From: Octopus vulgaris
Taxonomy: Eukaryota
NCBI GenBank assembly: GCA_951406725.2
Contig: OX597822.1
Coordinates: 49,848,001-49,912,000 of the forward strand
DNA: 64,000 bases
Reading direction: 5' to 3'
The notes below the pieces were generated by a model. That model was not told the DNA's origin. It made no database searches and saw only the letters and a program-made list of their open reading frames with translations. The translations under genes and the position numbers were made by a program. Positions 11,166 to 27,015 of the stretch are shown here, one piece after another. Position 1 is the first letter of the stretch. Each line of letters begins with the position of its first letter.

Positions 11166-11594
11166 GGGATCTTTTCGGTTTGAACGGCAGTTTTGAAGAT
11201 AATTTCCACGTAACTAAAAAATTTTAAACTTCGTATACTGGTAGAATGTGTTTATAAAACATCTTTTTCTCTTGGCTTTATTGAGAAAATTCTATAGTTT
11301 GTATGATATTTGTTGTTTTTTTCTTCAATATCTGCAATTTCAACCAATCAAATACGTCTATTGGGGTAAAAACATTCAGTGCCGTATGAATATGCCCCTC
11401 GTTTAAGAAACAGATTGGTTTTATTTACATTTGTGAAGAAAAAAACGATACCCTTCTCCCCTAACCCTAACCCTAACTAACCCTAACACTAAAACAGATT
11501 GAAATGCAATAGATCGATACTAGGGTCATAATTATGGGTAACAATTTCATATGACACCGCTAGAAAAAACTGCCGTCCAAACCGAAAAGATCCC
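11166..11594. mobile_element. Non-autonomous TIR DNA transposon (MITE) with 6-bp TSD and internal (CCCTAA)n
   Basis: 29-bp TIR GGGATCTTTTCGGTTTGAACGGCAGTTTT / AAAACTGCCGTCCAAACCGAAAAGATCCC (1 mismatch); TTCGTT duplicated at 11160-11165 and 11595-11600. Confidence 0.9.
11458..11493. repeat. Short interstitial telomeric-type repeat (CCCTAA)n
   Basis: CCCCTAACCCTAACCCTAACTAACCCTAACACTAA inside the MITE. Confidence 0.85.
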
Positions 11595-12891
11595 TTCGTT
11601 GTATGTATTTTATCAACCACAGAAAGAAACAAACAGATTACAGTGAATCTCGTCGAGATTCAAGTTTAGGATGTATGTGGACGCAAAAGCCCACCCCGTA
11701 CTTTGGCAAACACTCTAAGATTTTGCCCAACCTAACTGCAAGCTGATAGAAATAAAGCGAATATTGTTCTAACACCACAGTTGAAGTATTGAGAAAATTA
11801 CTTCATAAGCTGTCTTTCAAAACAATATGAGGTGAAAATGAATACCTTTGATTTCCTTCCCTGATATTCTGAAGTTAAATACCTAATATAAAGTATTTCA
11901 ATATATGAATATGAAACTCACAACTTTTACAACTTATTTGTAAATAAATAAGAACCGATTTCCTTTAATCAATTATGTCGCGACATCTAACCAGCTGCTT
12001 GTTAATTTAGTTGTTATTGGATGACAATGAATAAGTTGTTCTGCCCGTTTAATTTAAAGCAATATACGTAAAGTGAAATACCAGGAACGTTAGATTATAA
12101 ATATTAAATGGCTTCACAGAAAGTTATTTGAAAGGGGAAAAATCGTAAACATATAAATATATAAACGGCACGACGTTCTACAGTGACGTGTAGAAAAGAT
12201 AAGCTTTAAACTGAATGTTTATGAATAAATGTAAAAGATATTATACAACACTTGAAATGGAAATAGAAAAATCGACTACGGTAACAAAATGCTGTATCGA
12301 ATAATTCCATACGAAGGGAAATTGGCATTTATACGTTTTATTTATCCAGTAGACTTATTGTGATATGTTTCAAAATGAACAACATCAGAAAAATAATGAG
12401 AATGACAAAAGCATTAATAACGGTATTTTGAACAAAGCACTTCAAATTTAAGTATTATACAGTTTATAAAGCTACAATAAAAACATTACTCTTGGTATAC
12501 TCAGTAATACTTGAAGTGGCGGTGGAAATATTCAGGGAGACGTTGAAGACAAGTGGTACGATAACGGGATAGCCAAAAGAAAGATTTTTATGATAACGCC
12601 CCCCCCCACCTCTATTTTTCAATGGTATACTATGATTTAATAAAAAAGAGTTTAAAATTCCATCTGAAAGAAGTTGTATGAAAACTAACTTCAAGCAACA
12701 ACAAAGAACAAAGATAATTATTAAAAAAATCCCCAAAAGTTTACTGATGACTCTCGTCCCAAGAAAGACAAAAAATATATAACACTGAACAAAAACAACG
12801 TCAACAATAGCTAAAGCAAAAAGAATAGCAACAACAAAAGAAACATAATATATATACATACACATACATACGTAAACAATATATGTATAAA

Positions 12892-12940
<49 letters not shown>

Positions 12941-13018
12941 ATAAATACACACATACACACTCATGTGGACACATACACGCACACACACAAAGAGAGTGAT
13001 AGACAGACAGATAGACAG

Positions 13019-13068
<50 letters not shown>

Positions 13069-14993
13069 ATACGTGCAACATTGTTAAATAAAAGGAAATA
13101 AATTTTGGGGATGTACCTGCCTCAATATTTCTATTGTCATAATTATTGCTCATATAGACTCCAGATAGTTCTTACATCCAGTGAGGTGGACTCGCAATTT
13201 TACAACATTCTTCAGGATCGAATTTTAAGCATTAATTTTTAAACCAAAATGTACCATTGAAAAATAAGTGAGGACGGGGTAGCCATCCATCGGAGGAATT
13301 TAAAGCTTGAGTGACAACTCCTACTAGTCATAGACCTTAAATATTAATCGATGCGGTTAGCCGTAACATGGAGCATAACGGAGAACTGCCATGTATCCAC
13401 CCGGATATTTCACAGTAATATACATATATGTATGTGTGTGTATGTGTGTGTGTGCGCGTGTGTGTGTGTGTATGAGTGTGTTTCTGTGTGTGTGTTTATA
13501 AATCCCTACATATCTTTTCTCTCCCCGTTTTTTCGTTCTCTTTCCAAATATTTCATCGCATATTCTGTGACATCTTCAGCGATTCTCTATCACCTGTGGC
13601 TCCTTTTGTTCTGCTTTAGTCCATCCTGATGTCAAATTTCAAAATGCACAGCTCATACATCTGGCTGTTATCTTGAGTTTGTAGATTTAGGTTATAGGTA
13701 AGAAAGTGTTTATGTGTTTCATAATTTGGTATTTTGAATTTTTGTTCAAAGTAAATAGATGCACAGCTATTTTAGCGCAAGAAGAAACACGGAAAAACTG
13801 AGAAAGCAGCAAATAGAAAACGCAGAAGGTTAAAACTTTTAAGACGAATCCTGCTGTTTGCCTCAGTATTTCGGAGGATTTATATCAGAGAATATAGATC
13901 CTATAGAGAACCGCATCCAAACAACCGACCCTTCGCTTTAGGGCCATATGATAATTCACCTGTTCTCAGTTACTGATGCTCTACAAATCTGAGGCGAGAT
14001 CCGCAAAAAAGTGCACATGAAGTCCTTTTAGACCTCATCCAGAATAAGAGCGCAGGAGGTTACTCATAGATTTTCTCCATTCATTGATTCGGTGTAATGT
14101 TTCTACAACTTTTATGATGCTGTACTCCTCGGAATTGGGTAGGCTCATTCAAAATCCTCACATATTATTCCACACCATCACTGTCGTGTGCAAATACCAT
14201 GTCTCTCAGTCTTTCTAACCCAGAACTTTTGGCTCATTTGTTTTGCAGATGCTGAGTTACAAAGATTCCAGTGTAATATATATATATATGGCTTCAAAAC
14301 TGCATGTCTAGAACATACGGCAAAAACCTTGGGCACTCTTTCCTCCCCCTTATTGGGGATCAAGAAAATGTTCGGTGGCAATTATTCTGTAGACCCATGA
14401 AAGGATGAGAGGTAAGGAGAACTGGTTACGATTTGAGTTCATAAGATAAAGATACCGAATAAATATTGGAAAACAATTTATACGAAGCATGAACAGTTTA
14501 ACTAATCATTTGTGCTACTCCTACAATCTCCATATCAAATTGCATCTAACAAGTAAATAGCACATTGATTCATACTTATAATATACTGGAATTTTCGCAA
14601 CTTAGACAAACTAGAATCACCACATACAGAAGATTGGATTTTCTCCATAGATATGTCACACATAGAAAGAAAAAATTACACTTAGATATTTGTTCGAACA
14701 AAAACAATATAAAAATTGAACCTACCGGCAAACAAAATTGCTTTGCAGGATATTCTGAGGTATATTCCGTTTCCAATGGTTTCTGCAATGCGGAAAAAAG
14801 GAAAGTAATTCCATTTGAGTATAAAATGTGTTGTCACGAAGACGTCTGGCTAAAAATCTGTGCTATTCTACGATATTCATGTCATGAATTTGTAATGATT
14901 CCTAAAACACGGTCATATTTTCGGGTATCAAAACTAGCATATTATGTAAACATCTGAAAGATTAATGCTAATGGTAACCTCAGATCGATTCAA

Positions 14994-15172
<179 letters not shown>

Positions 15173-15701
15173 TACTTCTTGCTTTCTCACAAAGTTGCTG
15201 AATGAAAAAGTTTCACATACATTACTTGGCAACTGGAAATCTATGAATTTAGTTAAGTCTGTGTAAAACAGAATTGAAAACTCTGCTAAGTATTTATCAT
15301 CTACACAGGGGGAAATTAACAGAAAACAAAATAAAAAAACAACAAGAAAGTAACGCTATATCTGCCAGTGAACAAGCTACACATATTATCAAAGTATTAT
15401 ACAGAGCACTGTGATTATATTTTTCAACATGTTCTGTTTTATATTACGCTTAATTTATATGGAGAAACATTTAATTTATTTTGACATTTCACAGAACTCG
15501 ATTAAGAGGCAAATTATGGTTGAAAATATTTTGTTCTACTGAAACAACACATAACTAGAACTTTGATACTACAAATGTCAGGCTTGCCGTCAATACTAAG
15601 TGTAAGTAGTTCTGTCAATGCAGAAAAAACAATTGCTGTTACATTACTGGTTAATATGAATTGATTACCTTTTGTAAGTACAAAATTAAAACATGATGCG
15701 T

Positions 15702-15758
<57 letters not shown>

Positions 15759-15770
15759 TAAACACACACT

Positions 15771-15859
<89 letters not shown>

Positions 15860-15921
15860 CTTTGCATATATACCTACATGTATGAATATATATATATATA
15901 TGGATATTTATCTCTCTCTAC

Positions 15922-15975
<54 letters not shown>

Positions 15976-16405
15976 TTACGATATTCTAAATTATGTATAA
16001 TTATATATTACTTTTAGAAGTTCAAGATAGCATAGAATAAGTGAACAGAACCGCCCTAGAGTATACTTATACATATGTATAGTTGGACAGAAGCATCGAA
16101 GCTCCTTCGACATATAATCTATGTATGTGTGTAATGTGAAATATTACCAACACTTGCTTTCTCTCTGTAGAATGTTACAGATATAGTTGTAGTGATATCA
16201 ACTAGTTATAAGGCATATAGTTATAGTGATATTGCATAGCTATAAGGCATAGTTATACGGCATAGTTATTTGCTTTTAAGTATTTGATACAGATGGTATA
16301 TTACCATTATATATACGTATGTATATATATATGTATGTATGTATGTATCTACCTTTCTCTTTCTCACATGCATGTGTGTGTATGTGTGCTTGTATATGCG
16401 TTCAA

Positions 16406-16452
<47 letters not shown>

Positions 16453-16560
16453 CATACATACATACGTACATACACCCCAATATATATATATGTATATTGG
16501 GGTCTCTCTGCTTGTATGTATATACATTTTTATACATGTATACATGTGCACATATTGAGC

Positions 16561-16640
16561 TGTTGTTGTTGGCATCCTTTTGTCTCAGGAGACAATGGAG
16601 TTGCGCATAAAATAATCATGTCTGGTTATTCCAGGTGAGC
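16561..16640 (-). mobile_element. Probable RTE-type LINE extreme 3' end with (CAA)n tail
   Basis: Minus strand CGCAACTCCATTGTCTCCTGAGACAAAAGGATGCCAACAACAACA. Confidence 0.35.
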
Positions 16641-16889
16641 CCGGAACTCGTGTCAATTTGGGTTGTCACTCCTTGAAGTAGTGAAGAAAATCGCTACCCA
16701 CTACCTATAAAATGAGTACGCGTATATATAAATATAAACTTGTTACCAGTTAAAATATGCTTGAGGCATAGACGAACACGTAAGAAAACCTTTCATTGTG
16801 TTTCTCACTGTAATAAGAAAGGTGCCCACAAACTGAGTCAGTTCACACCGCTCCCTTTCTGGTCTCTGTGGCTAAAGTGAAAAAATCAC

Positions 16890-18040
16890 TCGGACCCCAA
16901 AATCCTGCTGAAGAAATTGTCCAACTTTGGAGTCAATAGAAAGCTGCTACAGTAGGTAAAGTGTTTCCTCACGAATAGAAACCAATATGTTGTGTTTCAG
17001 GGAATACGATCCAGCTCAGCGAATGCCAGTAGTGTTGTCCCACAAGGTGCAGTGTCGGGCCCACTCCCCTTCATTATTTACATCAACGACAAAGCAGATA
17101 TCATCAAACATTCTACATTGAAAATCTTCCCAGATGATTCCAAACTCCAGAAAGCCATAAACGGCATGAGAGACCGAACATGCCTTCAGTCAGATCTGCT
17201 TGCTATCGTCCAATAGGCAGAAAAAAAAAAACATTCTGCTTTTAAATGAAGATAAGTTTGATTTGATCCACTTTCGGAAGGATAAAACTCTGAAATTAAC
17301 AGATGCTCTTCCCTCGGGCAACTCCCTATATTCATCCAACAATACCAGAGATCTAGGAGTGATTGTTGATAACAATCTAAGTTGGAATTCCCACGTAAAA
17401 AGGAAGGTTGACTTGGCCCGCAAGATGTACTCCTGGATTCTGAGAACTTTCCGGTCTTGAGATACCTGCACAATCATCCTTCTCTGCTCTACTTTTGCCC
17501 GACCACTACCTTAAGTTCTGTTGCCCACTGTGGTCCACCCATATGAAACAACTCATTATGAAAGTAGAGGTACTCCAGATGTCCTTAGCAACACCGCCGG
17601 GAGTGCTACATCATTTGTGTTATGTGGAAAATATTCAATCAATATTGCACAAATGATGTTCGCATCAATTTTAAAATACATCCAAGACTTGGTCCCCGTG
17701 CTATTCGTCCCGCTACAAAAATCGAACTCGGTACACATAACAACCTTACGTCACAATTACTTTACCTCAACCGGTCCAGCTCTCTTTAATACCATAACAA
17801 AATACGTGAAAACGGAAAAGGATCCCGTAAAATTTAAATATTTACTGGACAAATTTCTTAAAAGAACCTCGGACCAACCGCCTACACCCGGATATATATC
17901 CAACAATAATAACCCTTTGTTAGAGTGGGCTATGGTGACCCATGTATGACTAAAAGACTTCACCAGGTGGTGCTATTGAGTTAGACATGACCTGGGTTTA
18001 TACTGGCCGAAACCTATCAAAGTTAACAAAGTTATCAAAA
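16890..18040 (+). mobile_element. CR1/L2-group LINE, 5'-truncated, decayed RT plus 3' UTR
   Basis: LLKKLSNFGV..KLLQ*VKCFLTNR.QYVV, VPQGAVSGPL.FIIYIND, KIFPDDSKL, LQSDL, LNEDKF, RDLGVIVDNNLSW..HV, FK..LDKFL; tandem tail CTATCAAAGTTAACAAAGTTATCAAA. Confidence 0.9.
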
Positions 18041-18426
18041 ATATGTATGCATATCATACTTTGGTTAGGTGAGTAGTGGGCAGCATCGGAGTATTTTAGC
18101 CTATCTTTCTACAGCGAGAAATTTCTTCCATGATAAAACAATAAATGTCTTTCTAACGGGTTTGAATATGCCTCAAGTATATTTGAACTGGTACCAAGTT
18201 TGTATTTATACACATAACAACTTAGTGCTGTCATCACATGTTTTAGATATGTGTGTATTTGTATGTATGTGTGTGTCTATATACATATACACAAATATAC
18301 ATATTATGTATAAATATACATGTGTTTGTATACACGCACCAGTACACACATTCGCACACACATGCACAAGCTTACACATACATATATACATGCATACATA
18401 CATACGTACATACTTACATACATACT

Positions 18427-18472
<46 letters not shown>

Positions 18473-19118
18473 CATACATAAATATATACATATATATATA
18501 TATATATATATGCGCCTGTGTATGCATCTGTCTGTTTAAACCTTCAGGCTGCAAAATAATAAAAAGAAAATGATTTCAGCAATGACTCAATTGACTTCGA
18601 ATGAATCGATCCAGCTCCTGAAGAATTCAAGATAAGAACAGAGTTGTAATCTTGCACATAAAACATTCTCTCTATTACTTAAAGTTTCTACAGGCAAAGT
18701 CAGCAGTAAAATTTTATCATGCTATAGATATGAGTCTGTTTCTTAGCCTCCGAACCTATTTTCATTCTCATGTTTCAGAAAATTATGTATATAGTGAATT
18801 GTATATGTCTATATAGATTTATGTACGTATGTATGTATGTATTTATGTATGTACATTTGTATGTATGCATCTATGTATGTATGCATGTATGAATGTATGT
18901 ATATATATATATATATACATATGTACATACATACATATATATATATATGTATAATGTATACAGTTGTTTATGTCTTTATATACACTCACATATATACATA
19001 TATGAGTATACACTTCTATTACATACATCCACACAGATATATACACATACAAATAGACACATACTGAAATATTGTGCAGATATTTATAAATCTATATTTA
19101 TATTTGCTTTTGTGTTAA

Positions 19119-19164
<46 letters not shown>

Positions 19165-19192
19165 CATACATACATACATACATACATCATAC

Positions 19193-19278
<86 letters not shown>

Positions 19279-19319
19279 TAAATGTATTAAATACTACAAA
19301 AATAAGTTGGATAGACACA

Positions 19320-19700
19320 GAAGGACCGTAATACTTCATCAATTAACGGGTGAAAAATATTAAGACACGGTTTCGTGCCTTTAACGATAAGACGGAGAAC
19401 TTCGTATAGCGGCGGCACCCGCAAGGTCTACATAGAATTAGGGCTCGAGCAAACAAGACAATACAGGTTGGACGTAGAAAAGTAAACGAATGTAATTTGA
19501 AACGATAGACAAAGACTATAAAGAAAGCCTTTCGGCCAAACGCTAGTTCGATGGTTAACGCCTGGAAGAAATCGCCAAATGGATATAAAAAAAAAGAGAA
19601 ATCGTTAGAGAGGAGAAAAGTTGTGGTGAGAAATATTTCGGTGAGTAGGCTCCCATCATTATTTATCCAGCGGAACATTTATGATCTGATCGCTTGATTA
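19320..19700 (-). repeat. PLE-associated 3' repeat, same family as 35545-35960
   Basis: Minus strand ACGAAG..GTCTTATC..CGAAAC..TGATGAAG is shared with 35545-35650. Confidence 0.4.
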
Positions 19701-20497
19701 AAAGAGATATATAACACTCTCATGAGCTTGAGCCGAAAATTCGACCCAGGCATAGAGTATTGACATGAATCTAATATTAATGAAAAGCAACAATCGTTTA
19801 CAGTAGCCGCGTTCGAATAAAGACCGTAGACAGTTGACACTCAATACTGTGAGGTATTTTGTGCAAAGTAATACTGTTCATGCAATTCACTCGCATGTTT
19901 ACAGGAGCGTCTCTAGAATATATTGAACTGTAGTGCAAAATATATCGACTGATTTGTTTCAAATATTTGCATTTTGTGCTAAATCCAGAGAAGGCCGTGC
20001 TTGACCTTTCGAAGTTATTCGATGAATACCGATCAAATACTGCAGTTGATGCTATTGAATGTAGCATCATGCAAATATGCAAGCATATGTAGTTAACGAT
20101 GTTTAGTGTGCCTAAATCACATGCAAGTGATGGTATCTTTAATTCATATGCTCCAGAATCGATAATAAATCAGTATAAGAAACTGGTGAACGTCTTTGAA
20201 ATTTAGATAGAAACGACAGTAATAAATAACTATAAGTCTTTTATTTGTCGCCAAAATGCTCGGAGTAAAAATTTCCCTGTCACGAATGTGCCTTTGAAAT
20301 AGCTTTGGTAAAAAACGAGTAAAAAAAAATCGATACAGTTTTTTTGCTTGGTGCATATCTTCCGCTGGTCCTGAGATATGAATTAGATCTGTTACTTTAA
20401 TTAAATTGTCCCCTCACTTCCGCTCTCTTTCTCACTCTTTCTCTCTTCCTTTGTTTTTCATTCTTTCTCTCTGTCATCTTTCTCTTTCTCTCTCTCT

Positions 20498-20583
<86 letters not shown>

Positions 20584-21627
20584 TACACTTGCAACTAAAG
20601 CTACTGTATCATGCCTAAAATAATTATAATTTTGATTCAATCAAAGGTTTTGATGCCTTCACACAATGAAATAGTTAAATATTCAAAAAGACAATATGTC
20701 AAAACAGGTTTTTTTTGTGTTTGCGAGAGTTGTTAGGTCAATAATAAAAGCAACACACGCACTGGTACAATATCATTTATTATTAGTCAGTTAGTTAATA
20801 GTCTAACCAACTTAGAAATCGATCATTTGCTTAATACACTGGGGAAACAATCAATCGGTTGTTTGGCTGTTTGCGAATCAATATAGTATCAATAAAGAAG
20901 TGATATTAAACCACTGTGTGTATTATTATTATTGAAATAAAGGTCCTCCCAACACACAACATGATTTATTTCAACATACGAATTCACATCAACGCAAAAA
21001 CGAAATGCAACAACAAAGTTTCTTATTTGCATAACCCCTCCTCCTCCTCCCCCTCCCTCCTCTCGTAGGTGTTTAAGAATAGCCAAAAGTTACTGAAATC
21101 GTAAATACTACTGTTGATGAATATGCAGCCGAGAGAGTTGAAATTACACTATATTATAATATTATCTCATTTATATTTTTAATCATCTTCGTGATGAACG
21201 AAAATCAATCTTTCCTACTTTAAACATGCACTTCTTACATGTATTCAGTCGATAACTATTTAAAATTCTATATAAGTTTACTAAATACCCAAATAATCGA
21301 CTTTCGAGAAGTGACGTTAGACAGCTTATACGTCATCGTGTTCCATATAATCATTCGCACGCGACTAGAAATATTGAAGATGGAACTTAGTCAGGAAATA
21401 TCATTTCAGCATTCAATTTTAGACTATCTGATGTTAGTCATTGATACGTGAACTAATGTGATCAATAGCAACCACCCACGGAACTCTTTCAATTAGGTAC
21501 ATGGTGAATGCAACGGTGCGTACACACACAGATACACACACACACACACACATACATACAGATACACACACACCTGTGTGTGAGCGTATGTGCGTGTATA
21601 TATACATACAGTTTATATATATATATA

Positions 21628-21688
<61 letters not shown>

Positions 21689-22019
21689 GTGTATGATTAA
21701 TTTATGCAATGAAGTTCAACAAATCAAATAATATTTGTCAAAAATGGAGGAGATAAGATGTTAAAAAGATGTATAGAGTTTATTCATGCATGCAATTGTT
21801 TCGTACATAGATAGAAATTCATTTTTGAATTTGCAAATTATCATAGTACTCATCGGTGCAGAGAAATAGTAATAGGAACTTAACAAAAAAGAGAAGAGAT
21901 GTTGGAACTATGAGTTTCATGTTTATCTTTTTCTAAGTGTGAAGTGATGAGGGTCATGTCAATTATTATATAATTTATTTGATATAATATAAAAGAAGGA
22001 AGATGCACACATTACTTTT

Positions 22020-22105
22020 CCGTGATGAAGGGGCATTCTCTGACAATGACCCTTAATATTCATCTTTAATTTGGACGAACGATCTCCAGAAACGATCGTT
22101 AGAAT
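22020..22105 (+). ncRNA. Degenerate hammerhead-like motif
   Basis: GTGATGA-AGGGGCATT..AATGACCCT...CTCCA-GAAACGATCGT (palindromic stem III). Confidence 0.3.
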
Positions 22106-22495
22106 ACTGTATTTTCTTCTAACATATAACCTATAACTCTTTTTAATACCTATTACTTTCTCTACACCATATTTTAATTTTTAAATACGGTTTTTATCTA
22201 TATTCTATAATTATTTTTATCTATATTCCATTATCATTATGTTTATATATGTATATTTTTAGTATTCATATATTTTTTATATTTATATATTTATATAGTT
22301 TTGATATATGAATATGTGTTTCAGCTTGGACAATTCATATTTTAACTCAACTAAAACCGTATGTGTATGTGTTAATCACTGTCTGCTTGATTTGAACTTT
22401 TTCTATTGTATCCTTTATAATTGTCTAACGCCTCAGGTTCGACCTCAGCACTTCTACGCTATCTATGTGTTTTGAAAGAAAATTAAATATGCGCG

Positions 22496-22544
<49 letters not shown>

Positions 22545-23147
22545 CCATATTCGCTCAAACATAGAAACTGAGATACACCTTGCTAATAAAAGCACATATA
22601 TACGTAAATAGCCGAAAATTTAAGAAAGTCTCTAACGTCAGTTTATTTGCAAAATACTTTACAATGGTTCTCGTATCAGTGAAATCAACATTAAATGTAT
22701 TTAGGGAATTTTTTTTACCTTCCATCACATGAAGATTCAGGACATTGAATGTTGAGTTAAACAAAATAGTTTATCCTTTTTCTGGTTGCAATCAATTTAG
22801 GAAGAAGGTGAACAGAGATGTTTCCGCCTTTATCATCCGTTTTGGTGATACCTATTTATAGATTAATTATTTTGATATATATAAGAATTAGAAAAAAAAT
22901 GTTCGACGCTTATCTACACCTATCAGTTTCTATCTTATGCGTCAGCATATTTCATAAACTCATTTATATGTGACTAACAATATTGAATGAAAAATACGTA
23001 GACAGGAAATAACATTTCCGCTTACAATTTGAAACTTTCTTGATAGGTACTGATATTAAAGAGGTATCGATCAATAATTACCTCCCAACGTAATCTTTTA
23101 TTGAATGATAGTAGGGACGGTATATCTCCTAATGTCGATACCACATA

Positions 23148-23227
<80 letters not shown>

Positions 23228-23689
23228 TATGTATATGTATATGTATGTATATATATATATATGTATATGTATGTATGTATATGTATATATATATATATAT
23301 GTATAAAGACACACACCTACCCCCCCCCAACAACCATTCATTTATAAAAACTTACATGTATGGTTGCGTAGTTAGGAATTTCGCTTTGAGGCAATGGTAT
23401 TCAGCTCCACTCTCGTTGTGCACTCCCGTAATAGCTTCGTACTGACAGATACTGTATGAGGGGATGTGGTAGACAGAAATTGTGTGGAAGGCCTGTGTAT
23501 ATGTATATGTATATATGTATGTATATATATGTATGTATGTAAGTATCTATGTCAGTAACTGCCAATCTATATGCCAATATTTAATATATTTATTTATATT
23601 AAGCGCATTAATATACATAAATGCCTCACGCCAAGAGGGACTCTTAAAGGCAAAACTACCATAATGAACGCATTGTACCAATATCCAAT

Positions 23690-23735
<46 letters not shown>

Positions 23736-23749
23736 ATATGTATGTATAC

Positions 23750-23916
23750 AGGCGTACACGTAGCGGTGTGGTATGTAGCTATGGGCTACATACTACACAG
23801 TACTACGCTTACAAGAAATAAGTCCTTGGGTCGATATATTCGGCTAAAGGTGCTGCTCCAGCATGGCTGTAATCAAATGACTCAAACACGTAAAGGATTA
23901 AAGAAATATATATAGA

Positions 23917-23973
<57 letters not shown>

Positions 23974-24181
23974 TTTTTGTGTGTCTGTGTTTGTCCCCCC
24001 AACATCGCATGACAACCGATGCTGGTGTGTCCCCGTAACTTAGCGGTTTGGCAGAAGAAACCAATAGAATAAGTACTAGGCTTACAAACAATACGTTCTG
24101 GGGTCGATTTGCTCGACCAAAGGCGGTGCTCCAGCATGGCTGTAGTCACATGACTGAAACAATAAAAGAATTAAAGAATAA
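23750..24181 (+). mobile_element. SINE family A fragments (deleted copy followed by a 3' half)
   Basis: Two GGGTCGAT..AAAGG.G.TGCTCCAGCATGG tails at about 23810-23905 and 23980-24181. Confidence 0.8.
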
Positions 24182-25308
24182 AAGTATATATGCGGTTGTA
24201 TCTGGGGAGAGTCATTTTCTTTTTGAACCTTGTAATTTAACACATATTTTTATTTTCCTAAAATGTTCGTTGCGCCTTGCAACCTTTTCAGTATTCTTGA
24301 CTGTGTCCGCTATTTATACTGCGTTTCTTTTTGCTTGTGCACATGTGTGTGGGTCAGTGTATGTGTGTGCCTATGCATGCATGTATTTATGCATGTATTT
24401 ACGTATATATGCATGTATGTATGTATGTGTGTGCATCCGTATGTATTCTGCATCATTCATGTGCTTGCATTTCTGTGTTTGTGTAATTTTTAAGTATGTG
24501 TGTGTGGGTGCCTATATATGTATGTACGTCTGTCTATTTGTGTGTGCATGTCTGAGTGCATGTGTGTGTTTTGCAACTATGTACCGTTTTTGTATGTATG
24601 GATGTGCATCTCCATATGTGTGGACATGTGTCTCCATGTTTCCTTGTGTGAAGTAAAGTGTGTGTGTATATATGGTCATGTGTTTCAGTCTCCATTTGCG
24701 TATGTAAGTTTGTCTGTTCATATAACCTATGTACCTATCCGTCTGTGTTGATCTTTTTATTTCCATATCCATATGCTTACATACATGTGCATATACATAT
24801 ATATATATACATATATATACATACACCCACGGACACACGCATACATACATTTCTCCACATAACATCTCACTAACTATTCTATTCTACCTATTTAAACTGT
24901 GGGCATGGGGATATGCACCTTTCCTGTTAAGTATGGGGGAAGTTTCATTTAAAAGGACGTACACCCGTATTTGTCTGAATGCTGGGTCTTTTGGGTGCTT
25001 GGACAAGATGCGGTTGTCATGTTGACCCAAGTTGTCACCATGTTGGTCTTTGGCATGTTGCTAGATTATGGAGGACTGTTTAATGATAATCTTATGGCGC
25101 GGTTACTGATAAGAATTCGCTTAGCAAATGATTTTACTTGCTAAACAAATTTGAAACCTATGTATAACCGTGAAACAATAACAAGGTATAAGTTTCTATT
25201 TTTCATTCCCTTCCAAATTTGCTCTTAAATGAGGTTTTGGTCATTTTGACTACTTCTAGCGTGTAAATTTACCTGTTAAAAGGTAGTTTCTCTTGTGTTT
25301 AAATCTAC

Positions 25309-25357
<49 letters not shown>

Positions 25358-26559
25358 TATATATATATTTCATTAATGAGAGAGACGGAATATGGAGGGT
25401 ACGAGAGTCTTTGTTGGTCACTACAGTTGTTGTGACTATCTCACCTCGATCTCACGTGAGTGGTATTCTTAATTATCTGGTTTAGGTGCATTCCCCAGTC
25501 TAGGTGTGTCTTTTCAGTAGACAAGATTTCTTATTAACAAGATTTCTGAAAGACTATCAAGTTGCTTGCATGATACTAAATTAACTTTAGCAAAATATAG
25601 TGGACATGAATCAGAATAATCGTTACCTAAATTAATAATTACACTTTACGTTAATATATGGATGAATAACCGCAACCTCCGCATTCTTTTAAACACAATG
25701 CCACACTAATTACCAATATTACGGGGATACACCTTGACTATCGTTTACCGTTTAAAGTGAGAAAAATACCCATTTGAGTCTCTATATAAATATCTCTCAC
25801 CTTCCGATGTAAAAGCAAAAAAAACAAATACACCTGTCTGCAATGGTTTTCCCTGGCATTGATGCTTTCTACAGTCAGAGAATATACATCTACAATATCA
25901 GTATTTATGTTCGTACTTATGACTGTACAACTGCTAAATGAATAATCACTAGACCCAGTGAATTGCACAACAGAGTCTGTAATTGCCCACTAACCGGAGT
26001 CGTATCAGCAGCCACTAATAGCCACTGGCATTATTAATGTCTACTTAATTCTGAGTGCGAGCGTATGTGTGCCAAACCATGCGTGTATTTGTGCCTGTAT
26101 GTGCGTGTATTTGTACGATCGAATATACGTGCGCCAGACCACGTATGTATGAGTGTTGTTACATCCAATCTACTAACGCTTGTATCTAATACACGTTTTG
26201 CTGTGTTGTGTATTTGCTTCTTTTTGTATCTGATATTTGTTATCGATCTTCTATAAGAGTGAAGCTGTATACCTAAATTTGCCACTTCGATATACGAAGA
26301 CCAAGAAGCAATCTTGAGAAACAGAGTTTATTTTAAAAAGATACCTATTAAAATCACACAAGGAAACACATCTACACCGAGGGATGAACCTAAACCAAAT
26401 GTTCAGAATGTCACCCACGAGGGATCGGTATTAGACCGGTCGAATTAATTGTAATCAATAAAGATTTTCGTATCTTCCATATTTCGTCACTATCATTAAT
26501 CGAATACCCAACCCACACTCAGAGTGAACGTGCCTTACCGGTAAACTACCAGGTGTATA

Positions 26560-26817
26560 TACTCTTTTACTTGTTTCAGTCATTTGACTGCGGCCATGCT
26601 GGAGCACCACCTTTAGTCGAGCAAATCGACCCCGGAACTTATTCTTTGTAAGCCCAGTACTTGTTCTATCGGTCTCTTTTTGCCGAACCGCTAGGTGACG
26701 GGGACGTAAAGACACCAGCATCGGTTGACAAGCAATGCTAGGGGGACAAACACAGACACACAAACACAAACACATACATATATATATATATATATACATA
26801 TATACGACGCACATATT

Positions 26818-26854
<37 letters not shown>

Positions 26855-27015
26855 GACAGGCTTCTTTCAGTTTCCGTCTACCAAATCCACTCACAAGGCA
26901 TTGGTCGGCCCGGGGCTATAGCAGAAGACACTTCCCAAGATGCCACGCAGTGGGACTGAACCCGGAACCACGTGGTTGGTTAGCAAGCTACTTACCACAC
27001 ACCCACTCCTGCGCC
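26560..27015 (-). mobile_element. SINE family A, full length
   Basis: ACTCTTTTACTTGTTTCAGTC ... CCACTCCTGCGCC on the plus strand. Confidence 0.9.

Noticed and set aside
12743-12775. CTGATGA...GAAA hammerhead candidate
   Set aside because: No stem II or stem I pairing.
14565-14957. 130-aa ORF
   Set aside because: Non-ATG start, no recognisable domain or splice signals.
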